Positions 63,759 through 64,000 of a stretch of 64,000 bases of DNA are shown here, one piece after another. Position 1 is the stretch's first letter; each line of letters opens with the position of its first letter. The translations under genes and the position numbers were made by a program. The notes below the pieces were generated by a model that saw only the letters and a program-made list of their open reading frames with translations, did no database searches and had not been told where the DNA came from. Origin of the DNA: a virus; IMG/VR virus record IMGVR_UViG_3300001200_000001, positions 1-64,000 of that record. One strand, given 5' to 3'.

Positions 63759-64000
63759 GTTTGTCTCCAGGCATGATTACGGGTTCCTGACCATGAGCAA
63801 GAATAAACTTGCCCATTTTTTCAGGACCACAATGAGAGATTTGAGATTCTGCTTCTTGAAAAGGTAATATCCAAGCTTTAGGAGTGTGAGGGTATGTGTA
63901 TCCTCGAGCATTAATTCTCCACACTCCATTTTCAGTTTGGATATGTACAATTCTTTTTTCCCATTCTTTTACACGAGCAGTACGTCCGTAACGACGGATG
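63745..64000 (-). CDS. hypothetical protein, N-terminus beyond the window
   Basis: Manual translation of the open minus-strand frame gives ...IRRYGRTARVKEWEKRIVHIQTENGVWRINARGYTYPHTPKAWILPFQEAESQISHCGPEKMGKFILAHGQEPVIMPGDKHETW. Its stop overlaps the ligase start by 14 nt. Confidence 0.4.
   Translation of the reverse strand, partial: IRRYGRTARVKEWEKRIVHIQTENGVWRINARGYTYPHTPKAWILPFQEAESQISHCGPEKMGKFILAHGQEPVIMPGDKHETW

Noticed and set aside
1-64000. CRISPR arrays, a diversity-generating retroelement, a retron, transposase-bearing IS elements, or toxin-antitoxin pairs.
   Set aside because: No regularly spaced direct repeats, reverse transcriptase, transposase or recognisable TA gene pair was seen on either strand.

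Overview
This window is about 64 kb of an N4-like (Schitoviridae-type) lytic podophage genome, AT-rich at roughly 40-45% GC by eye. All calls come from manual reading, motif memory and synteny with phage N4; no searches were run.

The clearest marker is a 3477-aa virion RNA polymerase gene (34966..45399). It ends a plus-strand late operon that runs terminase, lysis cassette, portal, major capsid, internal virion proteins, then vRNAP (16694..45399). This is the N4 gp69-to-gp50 order.

The right arm (45.9-64 kb, minus strand) is the replication and nucleotide-metabolism module:
- SSB-like protein, P-loop ATPase, primase and an HNH-AP2 homing endonuclease
- PD-(D/E)XK nuclease and a family-A DNA polymerase
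- Dda/RecD-like helicase, class II RNR, HD nucleotidase and ATP-dependent ligase

The left arm (1-12.1 kb, minus strand) holds:
- ThyX, a RelA/SpoT-type HD hydrolase, dCTP deaminase and RtcB
- a vWA/MoxR pair
- the two subunits of the T7-like RNAP II
- small early-type ORFs

The sequence therefore looks circularly permuted relative to N4. The early control region or physical genome end probably lies near 12.1-14.5 kb. That stretch contains a 675-bp ORF-free region, a tRNA island and an opposite-strand beta-helix tail spike.

Items most worth a second look:
1. The DNA polymerase gene is split between motifs A and B by a two-ORF insert.
2. Seven plus-strand tRNA or tRNA-like genes are interleaved with minus-strand ORFs. 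A minus-strand tRNA-Pro-like gene has an acceptor stem that does not pair.
3. RtcB, a small-alarmone-hydrolase-like HD protein and the tRNAs may together form a translation-repair and counter-defence toolkit.
4. A roughly 460-nt GC-enriched, ORF-free, hairpin-dense region beside a degenerate tRNA-like element could be a large structured ncRNA.
5. Triloop hairpins and recurring palindromic motifs are candidate phage-specific regulatory sites.
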